Shown here piece after piece: positions 17,635-25,395 of a DNA stretch of 64,000 nucleotides. The stretch is from Massilia sp. (GTDB taxonomy: Bacteria > Pseudomonadota > Gammaproteobacteria > Burkholderiales > Burkholderiaceae_D). The first letter of the stretch is position 1. The number at the start of each line of letters is the position of its first letter. The stretch is taken from positions 11,293-75,292 of the forward strand of contig JBJMVU010000090.1 in NCBI GenBank assembly GCA_045810485.1, in the 5' to 3' direction. The translations under genes and the position numbers were made by a program. Below the pieces are notes generated by a model that was not told the origin of the DNA, ran no database searches, and saw nothing but the letters and a program-made list of their open reading frames with translations.

Positions 17635-20019
17635 TCAGAACGTGAGGTCCGCACGCGCGCCGACGTAGCGGTGCCAGTCGCGCGGCGGCAGCCATTCGGT
17701 GGTGTTCACGGCATGGGGCAGGTTCGGCGCCTTCGGACTCCACGTGCCGTTGGCGATGCTGTTGTTCAGGCCCGCCGCGTACTGGCGGTCGAACAGGTTG
17801 TTGATGAACAGCGTCGCCTTCCAGCGGCCGCCCCGGTCCGCGGCGCCGAAGCTCACGTTCGTGATGCTGTAGGCGCCCTGGATCGTGTTCGGATCCTGGT
17901 TCAGCGAGAACTGCGTGCGGCTCTGGTAGCGCGTGGTGGCGGCAATGAAGCCGTCGAACGGCAGCGCCGGCAGCGGCACGTCCAGCTGGCCGCCCAGGTT
18001 CAGTTTCACTTTCGGCGCGTTCGGCAGCGTCTTGCCGGCCAGGTCCTGCACGTTGGTGTTGTTGAATTCGGCGCTCTGGTGGCAGCCCGGTCCCGGCACG
18101 GCCGCCGTGGCGGCCGCGTTCAGCACGTTGTAGCACGGGCCGTTGCGGAATTCGCGGATCGTCGCCTCGGTGTACGCAAGGCTGCCGTTCAGCTGCAGCA
18201 GGCGCGTGACGCGCGCGCTGGCTTCGAGTTCCAGTCCCTGCGTGCGCAGGCCGCCGATGCTGTTCAGGGCCGTGCGGAAGATGCCGTCGTAGTCGAAGAA
18301 GCCGGCCGACTGCTGGAAGTTGCGGAAGTCGGTGCGGAACGCGGCCAGCGAGAACATCGCGCGGTTGTCCCACAGGCTCTGCTTCCAGCCCACTTCGTAG
18401 CTGCGCGCCGTCTCCGGCGCCACCGGCGGGCGCGCCGCCAGCACGGCCGTGAAGCTGGACGTGAGGTCGTACGCGATGCCCTTGTGGCCCGTCGAGATCG
18501 TGCCGTACACCATGGCGTCCCTGTTCAGGCGGTGCTCGAGGCCCAGCTTCCACGTGCGGCTCGTGTTGCTGTCCGAGCGCGTGTAGAACTCGGTCTGCGC
18601 GAACGCCTGCGGCGGCACCGTGTAGCGGCGGAACCGGTAGCCGGTGTCTTCGTCGTTCAGGCGCGCGCCGACGATGACGCTCGTGTCGGCGCGGAAGTCC
18701 CAGCTGCCCTGGCCATAGATCGCCTTGTTGACGTTCCACGCGTCGGCGCCGTAGTTGGTGCCGTAGTTGCTGATCAGCGGGACCTTGGCCAGCTCGCGAT
18801 TCAGGTCGTTCTTGCCGTACCAGAGACCGGCCACCCAGCGGATCGGGCCGCGGTCCGGCGACGTGAGGCGGAATTCCTGCGTCGTCGACTTCACGTTGAA
18901 CACGCCGTACTGGTACAGGCCACCGTGCATCTGCGTCGGTGCGCCGTTCGGCAGGGTGAGGAACTGGAGGATGTCGATGTCGGTCGCGTCGTTGTCCTGG
19001 TAATCGTCCATGTGGTACTTGCTGTAGGACGAGATGGAACTGAGCGTGAGGCCGTTCGCAAGGCCGTAGTCGATCTTGAGGCCCGTGCCCCAGTCGTGGA
19101 ACTTGCCGCCTGTCGGATAATCGTTGCGCACATCGCGGTTGGACGGATTGATCGCTATCCCGGCGAGGACCACCGATTGCGGCAGTTGCGGCGCATTGCG
19201 ATACAGGCCGCCCGGCGTCATCGACGTGAACGCGGTCGTGCAGCAGAATTTCTCGGTGCGGTTGTAGTGCGGCGTCAGCGTGAAGGTCAGGTCGTCGGTG
19301 GGACGCCATTCGAACTTCGCATTCAGGTTGTCGCCCTTGCTGCCATTGAGCTTGCCGCCCGTCGTCAGGTTGTTCAGCGTGCCGTCGTAATTCGTCTTGC
19401 TGGCGGCGACGCGCATACGGAACGTATCGGTCACGGCGCCCGAGACGCTGACGCCCGCGCGCCATTCGTCGTCGTTCGTGGCGACGAGCGTCGCCGTCGT
19501 CTTGACCGGGCCGCCGATCGGCTTCGTCGTGATGTTCAGCGCGCCCGCGATCGAGCTCTTGCCGAACAGGGTGCTCTGCGGCCCCTTCAGCACTTCGATG
19601 CGGTTGACGTCGGCCAGGTCCTTGAACGCGTTGGCCTGCATGCCGAGCGGGATGTCGTCGACGATCACGGCCACGTCGGCCTCGACGCCGATGCCCAGCG
19701 AGTACGTGCCGACGCCGCGCATGTTGATGCTGAAGTTGCCGGGCTGGGTGCCGTACGACAGCGTCAGCGCGGGCGACAGGGCGGGCAGGTCGTCCAGTTC
19801 ACGCACATTGGAGCGCTGCAGCACGGCGTCGCCGAGGACCGTGATCGACGCAGGCACGTCCTGCAGGTTCTGGGCGCGCTTGTTCGCGGTGACGACGACG
19901 GTTTCCAGTTTCACGGGTTCGGCCTGCCGTGCGTCCTGGGCATGGGCGCTCAGGGTAAGCAGGGCGGTGGCGATGGCGGCTGCCGTGGACGTGGGGGCAG
20001 GTTTGCCGGGGTAATGCAT
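17635..20019 (-). CDS. TonB-dependent outer-membrane receptor
   Basis: The ATG at 20019 is preceded by AAGGAGACCAAC. The signal peptide ends ...LLTLSAHAQD. There is a plug domain (VVVTANKRAQNLQDVPASITV), a beta-barrel and a terminal ...ARADLTF. Confidence 0.9.
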   Translation of the reverse strand: MHYPGKPAPTSTAAAIATALLTLSAHAQDARQAEPVKLETVVVTANKRAQNLQDVPASITVLGDAVLQRSNVRELDDLPALSPALTLSYGTQPGNFSINMRGVGTYSLGIGVEADVAVIVDDIPLGMQANAFKDLADVNRIEVLKGPQSTLFGKSSIAGALNITTKPIGGPVKTTATLVATNDDEWRAGVSVSGAVTDTFRMRVAASKTNYDGTLNNLTTGGKLNGSKGDNLNAKFEWRPTDDLTFTLTPHYNRTEKFCCTTAFTSMTPGGLYRNAPQLPQSVVLAGIAINPSNRDVRNDYPTGGKFHDWGTGLKIDYGLANGLTLSSISSYSKYHMDDYQDNDATDIDILQFLTLPNGAPTQMHGGLYQYGVFNVKSTTQEFRLTSPDRGPIRWVAGLWYGKNDLNRELAKVPLISNYGTNYGADAWNVNKAIYGQGSWDFRADTSVIVGARLNDEDTGYRFRRYTVPPQAFAQTEFYTRSDSNTSRTWKLGLEHRLNRDAMVYGTISTGHKGIAYDLTSSFTAVLAARPPVAPETARSYEVGWKQSLWDNRAMFSLAAFRTDFRNFQQSAGFFDYDGIFRTALNSIGGLRTQGLELEASARVTRLLQLNGSLAYTEATIREFRNGPCYNVLNAAATAAVPGPGCHQSAEFNNTNVQDLAGKTLPNAPKVKLNLGGQLDVPLPALPFDGFIAATTRYQSRTQFSLNQDPNTIQGAYSITNVSFGAADRGGRWKATLFINNLFDRQYAAGLNNSIANGTWSPKAPNLPHAVNTTEWLPPRDWHRYVGARADLTF

Positions 20020-20058
20020 GTTGGTCTCCTTGTGATCGGTCTGGCCGGGGCGGCTTGG

Positions 20059-20074
20059 TTGGCAACGTTTCCAA
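20059..20074. promoter_or_regulatory. LacI-type operator-like near-palindrome TTGGCAACGTTTCCAA
   Basis: 14 of 16 positions are palindromic. It is centred about 47 bp upstream of the receptor ATG, the same spacing as the bglX site. Confidence 0.4.
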
Positions 20075-20082
20075 TTTTGGCG

Positions 20083-20111
20083 AAATAAAAAGACGGCACG
20101 TTCGGGCCGTC
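20083..20111 (-). terminator. Intrinsic terminator oriented on the minus strand inside the receptor 5' leader
   Basis: The minus-strand RNA would read GACGGC-CCGAACGU-GCCGUC followed by UUUUUAUUU. No minus-strand gene lies upstream of it. Confidence 0.6.
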
Positions 20112-20182
20112 CATTCTCATGGAGGAAAACGATTCGGCATCTTTGCCGTATAAATCGTGAGCCGTCCAGCTGAAAATACGAA

Positions 20183-20196
20183 GTTAAACGTTTACC
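20183..20196. promoter_or_regulatory. LacI-type operator-like site GTTAAACGTTTACC
   Basis: It has a perfect 10-bp palindromic core TAAACGTTTA, about 170 bp upstream of the receptor ATG. Confidence 0.4.
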
Positions 20197-20309
20197 ATCA
20201 TGCGTGAAAATAACCCAAACATGCGATAAAGACAAGCAGTACGTGCCGGTGACACGTCCATACAACGCCGACAGGTTATCGTGCACCCCATGCGACTTCT
20301 CATCCGACC

Positions 20310-20462
20310 ATGCACCTGATCGAAAAAACCGTCGTCATCGCAGCACCCCCGGCCGATGTATGGAACGCGCTGACCGATCCCGCCGCCATGCGCGTGTGGA
20401 TGGGCGAACCGGAGATGGCGATCGACATCGACCGTCTGCCATCGGCCGCGCTACTATGCTGA
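20310..20462 (+). pseudogene. N-terminal remnant of an SRPBCC/AHSA1-family protein
   Basis: The ATG at 20310 gives MHLIEKTVVIAAPPADVWNALTDPAAMRVWMGEPEMAIDID..., typical of SRPBCC N-termini. It stops after 50 codons, whereas the family is normally about 140-160 aa. Confidence 0.5.
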
Positions 20463-20520
20463 ACCGGCCACTGGCCGCACGGCGCTGTCGACATCCGACA
20501 TCGATGACTGCCTGCATAAC

Positions 20521-21063
20521 ATGATCGATTACCATTCAAAGATGAAAAGAATTTTTTGCGCCGCCCTGCTCATGTCCTGCGCCACGCTCTCGTACGGAGA
20601 GAACGCGGCCAGCAGGCCACCTCTCTTGCAGCAGCTGGACGGAAACTGGACCATGTCGGGTGATGTCCGCGGCAAACCAGTCACATATTCGCTCGAAGCC
20701 AAGCCGAGCCTGTTGGGCGCTTTTACCGAGTTACGCATGCAGGATGTCCAGGTTCCCGCAAAGTACGCGGCGAACGTGTATATCGGCTACGACCAGGCGA
20801 CGAGGACGGTGATTGTTCACTGGATGGACAGCTTCGGCGCAAAATATTCCATTCCTCATGGGACGGGTGCCCTTGACGGGAATACGTTGCAGTTCACGTT
20901 TCCCTACGATGGCGGGCGCTTCCGCGACACGTTTACGTTCGATCCCGACACGGGACATTGGACCTTCATATTGGAATCACAGCAATCGGATGGAAGCTGG
21001 AAGCATTTCGCCAGGTATGACGTCGTGCGAAAAGCGTCAGGCCAGCCCGCGTCCGCCGGATAA
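20521..21063 (+). CDS. Hypothetical secreted protein (possibly DUF1579-like), atypically low GC
   Basis: ORF with signal peptide MKRIFCAALLMSCATLSYG. Many A/T-ending codons contrast with the neighbouring genes. I recognised no family motif with confidence. Confidence 0.6.
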   Translation: MIDYHSKMKRIFCAALLMSCATLSYGENAASRPPLLQQLDGNWTMSGDVRGKPVTYSLEAKPSLLGAFTELRMQDVQVPAKYAANVYIGYDQATRTVIVHWMDSFGAKYSIPHGTGALDGNTLQFTFPYDGGRFRDTFTFDPDTGHWTFILESQQSDGSWKHFARYDVVRKASGQPASAG

Positions 21064-21109
21064 CGGCGCCGGCCGCAACCGAATGGCGACGTGACCCTAT
21101 AATGACGCC

Positions 21110-21676
21110 ATGAACGACGATTTGTGGAACACGTTGTCGGCCCGCCGGCACGTGGGCCTGCGCCGCCTGCAGGCGCCGGGCCCGGACGACGCCGCGCTGG
21201 CGCGGATGATGGAAGCGGCCGCGCAGGCGCCCGACCATGGCTGCCTGCTGCCGTGGCGCTTCATGCTGATCCCGCCGGCGCGCCGCGACGATCTCGGTGG
21301 CGTGTTCGAGGAAGCGCTCGTGCGGCGCGACCCCGGCGCGGACGCCGCCGCGCGTACGTCCGCGCGCGAAAAAGCCTTCCATGCGCCGTGCCTGCTCGTG
21401 GCGATCCTCGTCGATGCGCCCGGCACCGCCGTCCCGGTCGAGGAAAAACTGATATCGCTGGGCTGCGCGCTGCAGAACGTGCTGCTGGCCGCGCAGGCGC
21501 TGGGCTTCGACGGCGGCCTCGCGAGCGGCGGGGCGCTCGACACACCCGCCATGCGCCGCCTGCTGGCCCTCGAGGCGCACGAGCGCGCCGTCTGCTTTAT
21601 CGGTTTCGGCACGGGAGAGGCAAAAAAAACGCCCCGGGTGCGTCCGCAGCCGGGGCAGTTTTTCACGAGTCTTTGA
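21110..21676 (+). CDS. Nitroreductase-family protein (YdjA-like)
   Basis: SARRHVGLRRLQAPGPDDAALARMMEAAAQAPDHGCLLPWRF plus C-terminal LGCALQNVLLAAQALGF are typical of the nitroreductase fold. Confidence 0.85.
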   Translation: MNDDLWNTLSARRHVGLRRLQAPGPDDAALARMMEAAAQAPDHGCLLPWRFMLIPPARRDDLGGVFEEALVRRDPGADAAARTSAREKAFHAPCLLVAILVDAPGTAVPVEEKLISLGCALQNVLLAAQALGFDGGLASGGALDTPAMRRLLALEAHERAVCFIGFGTGEAKKTPRVRPQPGQFFTSL

Positions 21677-21724
21677 GTCACGTTCGCGTTACACCGGCCT
21701 TCGCGTGGGCACGGGGCGCCCACC

Positions 21725-22468
21725 CTACTGCACGAGCGGCGTCGCGCTCCCTTCCAGCGTGATGCCCTCGATGCGGGCGCGGCCCACGAGGATCTGCAGG
21801 TACTGGTGGATGCCCCGCTGCAGCGCGGCCGTCCCGAGCCACGCGGCGATCTGCGACTTCACCGTCTCGAACGGCAGCCGCGAACCCTCGATGCGGCGCA
21901 GCACCTGGACGATGTGCAGGCCGAAGCGTGTCTCGATCGGGCGCGCGGCGAATTCGTTCTCGCCGAGGCGGAACAGCACGTCGTCGAATTCCGGCACGCA
22001 GTCGCCGCGGTTCAGCTGACCGAGGCTGCCGCCCACGGCGCCGGACGGGCAGTTCGAATACTGCGCCGCCAGTTCGCCGAAGCGTTCCGGCGCGGCCCGC
22101 AGCGCCGCGAGAATGTCTTCCGCGGTTTCGCGGACGAGGTCCAGCGGCACGGTCGGCGTCACCTGGAACAGGATGTGGCGCGCCTCGACCATCGCGCCGC
22201 GGATGAACTTGTCCGGATGATTGCGGTAGTAGGTGAGGCATGCCGCTTCATCGGCCTGCGGCACGCTGACTTCCTGCGTGAGCAGCGTCTCGATGCGCGC
22301 GTCGTCATCGCCGTAGATGCCAAGGCGGTCCGCTTCCTGCAGCAGCACGGTGCGCAGCACGACTTCGTGCACCGACTGCTTGAGCGGGTTGGCGGCGCCC
22401 TTGTGGTGCGGCAGTTCCAGTTCGATCTGGCGGTCGTCGATCTCGACGCCGTTGACGGAGATACCCAT
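21725..22468 (-). CDS. PpiC/parvulin-type peptidyl-prolyl isomerase associated with nitrate reductase
   Basis: The rotamase domain reads ARHILFQV...FGELAAQYSNCPSGAVGGSLGQLNRGDCVPEFDDVLF. The gene lies directly downstream of narI. Confidence 0.8.
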   Translation of the reverse strand: MGISVNGVEIDDRQIELELPHHKGAANPLKQSVHEVVLRTVLLQEADRLGIYGDDDARIETLLTQEVSVPQADEAACLTYYRNHPDKFIRGAMVEARHILFQVTPTVPLDLVRETAEDILAALRAAPERFGELAAQYSNCPSGAVGGSLGQLNRGDCVPEFDDVLFRLGENEFAARPIETRFGLHIVQVLRRIEGSRLPFETVKSQIAAWLGTAALQRGIHQYLQILVGRARIEGITLEGSATPLVQ

Positions 22469-22477
22469 GACGGCTCC

Positions 22478-23161
22478 TTAACGCGGACGGACCAGCTGGA
22501 AGGCACGGCCCAGGTAAGTCACCGCGCCGAAGCCGCTCCAGATGTGGACGAGGCGGGTGAACGGGAAGATGACGAACAGCGACATCCCCATGAACAGGTG
22601 CAACTTGAACACCAGCGGGGCATCGATGATGAAGCTGGCGGCGTCGCCGCGGCACGTCACGATGTGCTGGGCCCAGGTCATCAGCAGGACCATCATGTGG
22701 CCGTCCAGGTGGCCGGCTGACACGAAGATGGACGACAGGCCGAGGAGCAGGGTGCCGAGGATCCACAGCAGCACGATCTTGTCCTTGAACGTGGTGGCGG
22801 CGCGCAGGCGCTCGTTGCCGAGGCGGCGGGCCAGCAGCAGCAGGATGCCGACCAGGCACAGGCTGCCCATCACGCCGCCGGCGGCCATTGCGAACAGCTG
22901 CTTGGCGCCGTGCGTGACGCCCAGCGAGTCCCACACCCACACGGGCGTCAGCAGGCCGACGGCGTGGCCGCCCAGCAGGCCGATGATCCCGATGTGGAAC
23001 AGGATGCTCCCCAGCCGCAGCTGGCCGGTATGCAGCACTTGCGTCGATTCGGAGCGCCACGTGTATTGTTCGCGGTCGAAGCGGATCAGGCTCCCGAGCA
23101 GGAAGATCGCGAGCGCGATGTACGGATAGATCCCGAACAGGAATTGATTTATATAGTTCAT
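22478..23161 (-). CDS. narI: Respiratory nitrate reductase gamma subunit
   Basis: 227-aa five-TM di-heme b protein (MNYINQFLFGIYPYIALAIFLLGSLIRFDREQYTW...). Confidence 0.95.
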   Translation of the reverse strand: MNYINQFLFGIYPYIALAIFLLGSLIRFDREQYTWRSESTQVLHTGQLRLGSILFHIGIIGLLGGHAVGLLTPVWVWDSLGVTHGAKQLFAMAAGGVMGSLCLVGILLLLARRLGNERLRAATTFKDKIVLLWILGTLLLGLSSIFVSAGHLDGHMMVLLMTWAQHIVTCRGDAASFIIDAPLVFKLHLFMGMSLFVIFPFTRLVHIWSGFGAVTYLGRAFQLVRPR

Positions 23162-23817
23162 GCTGCCTCCTCCTGATGCACGGCCGGACGCGTGCCGCGC
23201 GGGTAAAAATTGATCGGTTGCGGGCCGAGGGCCTGCGGCTTGAGAAGGGGCTCGACGCCGTCCGCGCCCGGGCCGAAGGTTTCCAGCGCATCGTCCATGT
23301 CCTTGATCGGCGGCTCGGACAGCTCTTCCGCCGCCACTGGCGACAATGCTTCCAGCAGGTCGAACACGCCGGCATACGGGCTGCCGTTCGCGGCCAGCTT
23401 GCGGCCGATGAACGCCAGCACGTGGACGGCGTCGCCCAGCAGGCGGCCCGCTTCCTCCTCGTCCACCTGCGACAGGAATTCGAGGAAGAGCGGCACGAAG
23501 TCGGGCAGCTCGTCGCCCTGCATCTGCAGGCCGTGTTTCTTGTACTCTTCCATCAGGTCGACCATGGCCTGGCCGCGGTCGCGCGATTCGCCGTGGATGT
23601 GCTCGAACAGGTGCAGCGAGTGCGACGGCGTACGGTCGAACGTCTGCACGTATTCCTGCTGCAGTGTGATCATGTCGTTCTCGACCAGGTGCGCCAGCAA
23701 CGGCGCCACGCGTGCGCGCATCGGCGGCGGCAGGCCGCCTTCCAGCTCGGGCAGGGCGGCGACGAGGTCGCCCTCCGGATACAGCAGCAGCGCAGACAGG
23801 ATGCGGTAGTGGTTCAT
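23158..23817 (-). CDS. narJ: Nitrate reductase molybdenum cofactor assembly chaperone
   Basis: ILSALLLYPEGDLVAALPEL...YVQTFDRTPSHSLHLFEHIHGESRDRGQAMVDL. It overlaps the narI start by 4 nt. Confidence 0.9.
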   Translation of the reverse strand: MNHYRILSALLLYPEGDLVAALPELEGGLPPPMRARVAPLLAHLVENDMITLQQEYVQTFDRTPSHSLHLFEHIHGESRDRGQAMVDLMEEYKKHGLQMQGDELPDFVPLFLEFLSQVDEEEAGRLLGDAVHVLAFIGRKLAANGSPYAGVFDLLEALSPVAAEELSEPPIKDMDDALETFGPGADGVEPLLKPQALGPQPINFYPRGTRPAVHQEEAA

Positions 23818-23818
23818 G

Positions 23819-25375
23819 TCAGGCTCCTTCCGTTTCTTGTTTCTTGCGCGATTTCGGCATCGAGACGAAGATCGTCGAGCCTTGTTTCTTCTTGCCGAAC
23901 AGCGAAGCGTCGCTGGTGCCGTCCGAGCAGCCGTTACCGAACGAGAATCCGCACGACCCTTTTTCGTTGAAGCTGTCCTCGGCCATCTCCTTGTGGCTGC
24001 TCGGGATCACGAAGCGGTCTTCGTAGTTCGCGATGGCCATGATGTGGTACATGTCTTCCACTACCGCCTGCGTCAGTCCCACCCGGCGCAGCACGTCCAG
24101 GTTCTCGACCTTGTCGACCGACTTCGACCGCATGTAGGCACGCATCGCCAGCATGCGGTCCAGCGCATGCACGACCGGCGCTTCCTTGCCCGCGGTGAGC
24201 AGGTTGGCGAGGTAGCGCACGGGGATGCGCAGGCTCTGCGTGTCCGGCAGGATGCCGTTCATGCCCATCTTGCCGCTTTCCGCGGCGGCCTGGATCGGCG
24301 ACAGCGGCGGGATGTACCACACCATCGGCAACGTGCGGTATTCCGGGTGCAGCGGGAAGGCGATCTTCCATTCGACGGCCATCTTGTACACGGGCGAACG
24401 CTTTGCGGATTCGAGCCAGCTGTCCGGGATGCCCTGGCGGCGCGCCTCGGCGATCACGTCGGGATCGTGCGGATCGAGGAACAGGCCGAGCTGCGCCTCG
24501 TACAGGTCCTGCTCGTCGGCGACGGATGCGGCCTGCTCGATGCGGTCGGCATCGTACAGCAGCACACCCAGGTAGCGGATGCGGCCCACGCAGGTCTCCG
24601 AGCAAACGGTCGGCTGGCCCGCTTCGATGCGCGGGTAGCAGAACGTGCACTTCTCGGCCTTGCCGGACGACCAGTTGTAGTAGATCTTCTTGTATGGGCA
24701 GCCCGAGATGCACATGCGCCAGCCGCGGCATTTGTCCTGGTCGATCAGCACGATGCCGTCGTCCTCGCGCTTGTACACGGAACCGGACGGGCACGATGCC
24801 ACGCAGGTCGGGTTCAGGCAGTGCTCGCACAGGCGCGGCAGGTACATCATGAAGGTGTTCTCGAACGTCGAGTACATCTCCTTCTGCATGTTGTCGAACA
24901 GCTTGTCCTTGCTGCGCTTGGCGAATTCGCCGCCCAGGTCATCTTCCCAATTGGGGCCCCATTCGATCTTGTCCATCTTCTTGCCGGTCAGGACGGAGAT
25001 CGGACGCGCGGTCGGCGGCGTTTCCGACAGCGGCGCGTTCTGCAGGCGCTCGTAGTCGTAGGTGAACGGCTCGTAGTACTCGTCGATCTGCGGCAGGTTC
25101 GGGTTGGCGAAGATGTTCGCCAGGATTTTCAACCGGCTGCCCTGGCGCGGTTCGATCCTGCCGTCCGCCTTGCGTCTCCAGCCGCCGTTCCACTTGTCCT
25201 GGTTTTCCCATTCCTTCGGGTAGCCGATGCCCGGCTTCGTCTCGACGTTGTTGAACCACGCGTACTCCACGCCGTCCCGGCTCGTCCACACGTTCTTGCA
25301 GGTCACCGAGCAGGTGTGGCAGCCGATGCATTTGTCCAGGTTCAGCACCATGCCGATTTGTGCTCTGATTTTCAT
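23819..25375 (-). CDS. narH: Respiratory nitrate reductase beta subunit
   Basis: MKIRAQIGMVLNLDKCIGCHTCSVTCKNVW plus further Fe-S cysteine clusters. Confidence 0.97.
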   Translation of the reverse strand: MKIRAQIGMVLNLDKCIGCHTCSVTCKNVWTSRDGVEYAWFNNVETKPGIGYPKEWENQDKWNGGWRRKADGRIEPRQGSRLKILANIFANPNLPQIDEYYEPFTYDYERLQNAPLSETPPTARPISVLTGKKMDKIEWGPNWEDDLGGEFAKRSKDKLFDNMQKEMYSTFENTFMMYLPRLCEHCLNPTCVASCPSGSVYKREDDGIVLIDQDKCRGWRMCISGCPYKKIYYNWSSGKAEKCTFCYPRIEAGQPTVCSETCVGRIRYLGVLLYDADRIEQAASVADEQDLYEAQLGLFLDPHDPDVIAEARRQGIPDSWLESAKRSPVYKMAVEWKIAFPLHPEYRTLPMVWYIPPLSPIQAAAESGKMGMNGILPDTQSLRIPVRYLANLLTAGKEAPVVHALDRMLAMRAYMRSKSVDKVENLDVLRRVGLTQAVVEDMYHIMAIANYEDRFVIPSSHKEMAEDSFNEKGSCGFSFGNGCSDGTSDASLFGKKKQGSTIFVSMPKSRKKQETEGA

Positions 25376-25395
25376 TTTTGTTCCTCGCTATTCTC

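Noticed and set aside
20020-20286. 89-codon N-terminal extension of the TonB receptor ORF
   Set aside because: The region is A/T-rich, has non-protein-like sequence and contains an intrinsic terminator and operators. The ATG at 20019 has a strong SD and is followed by a signal peptide.
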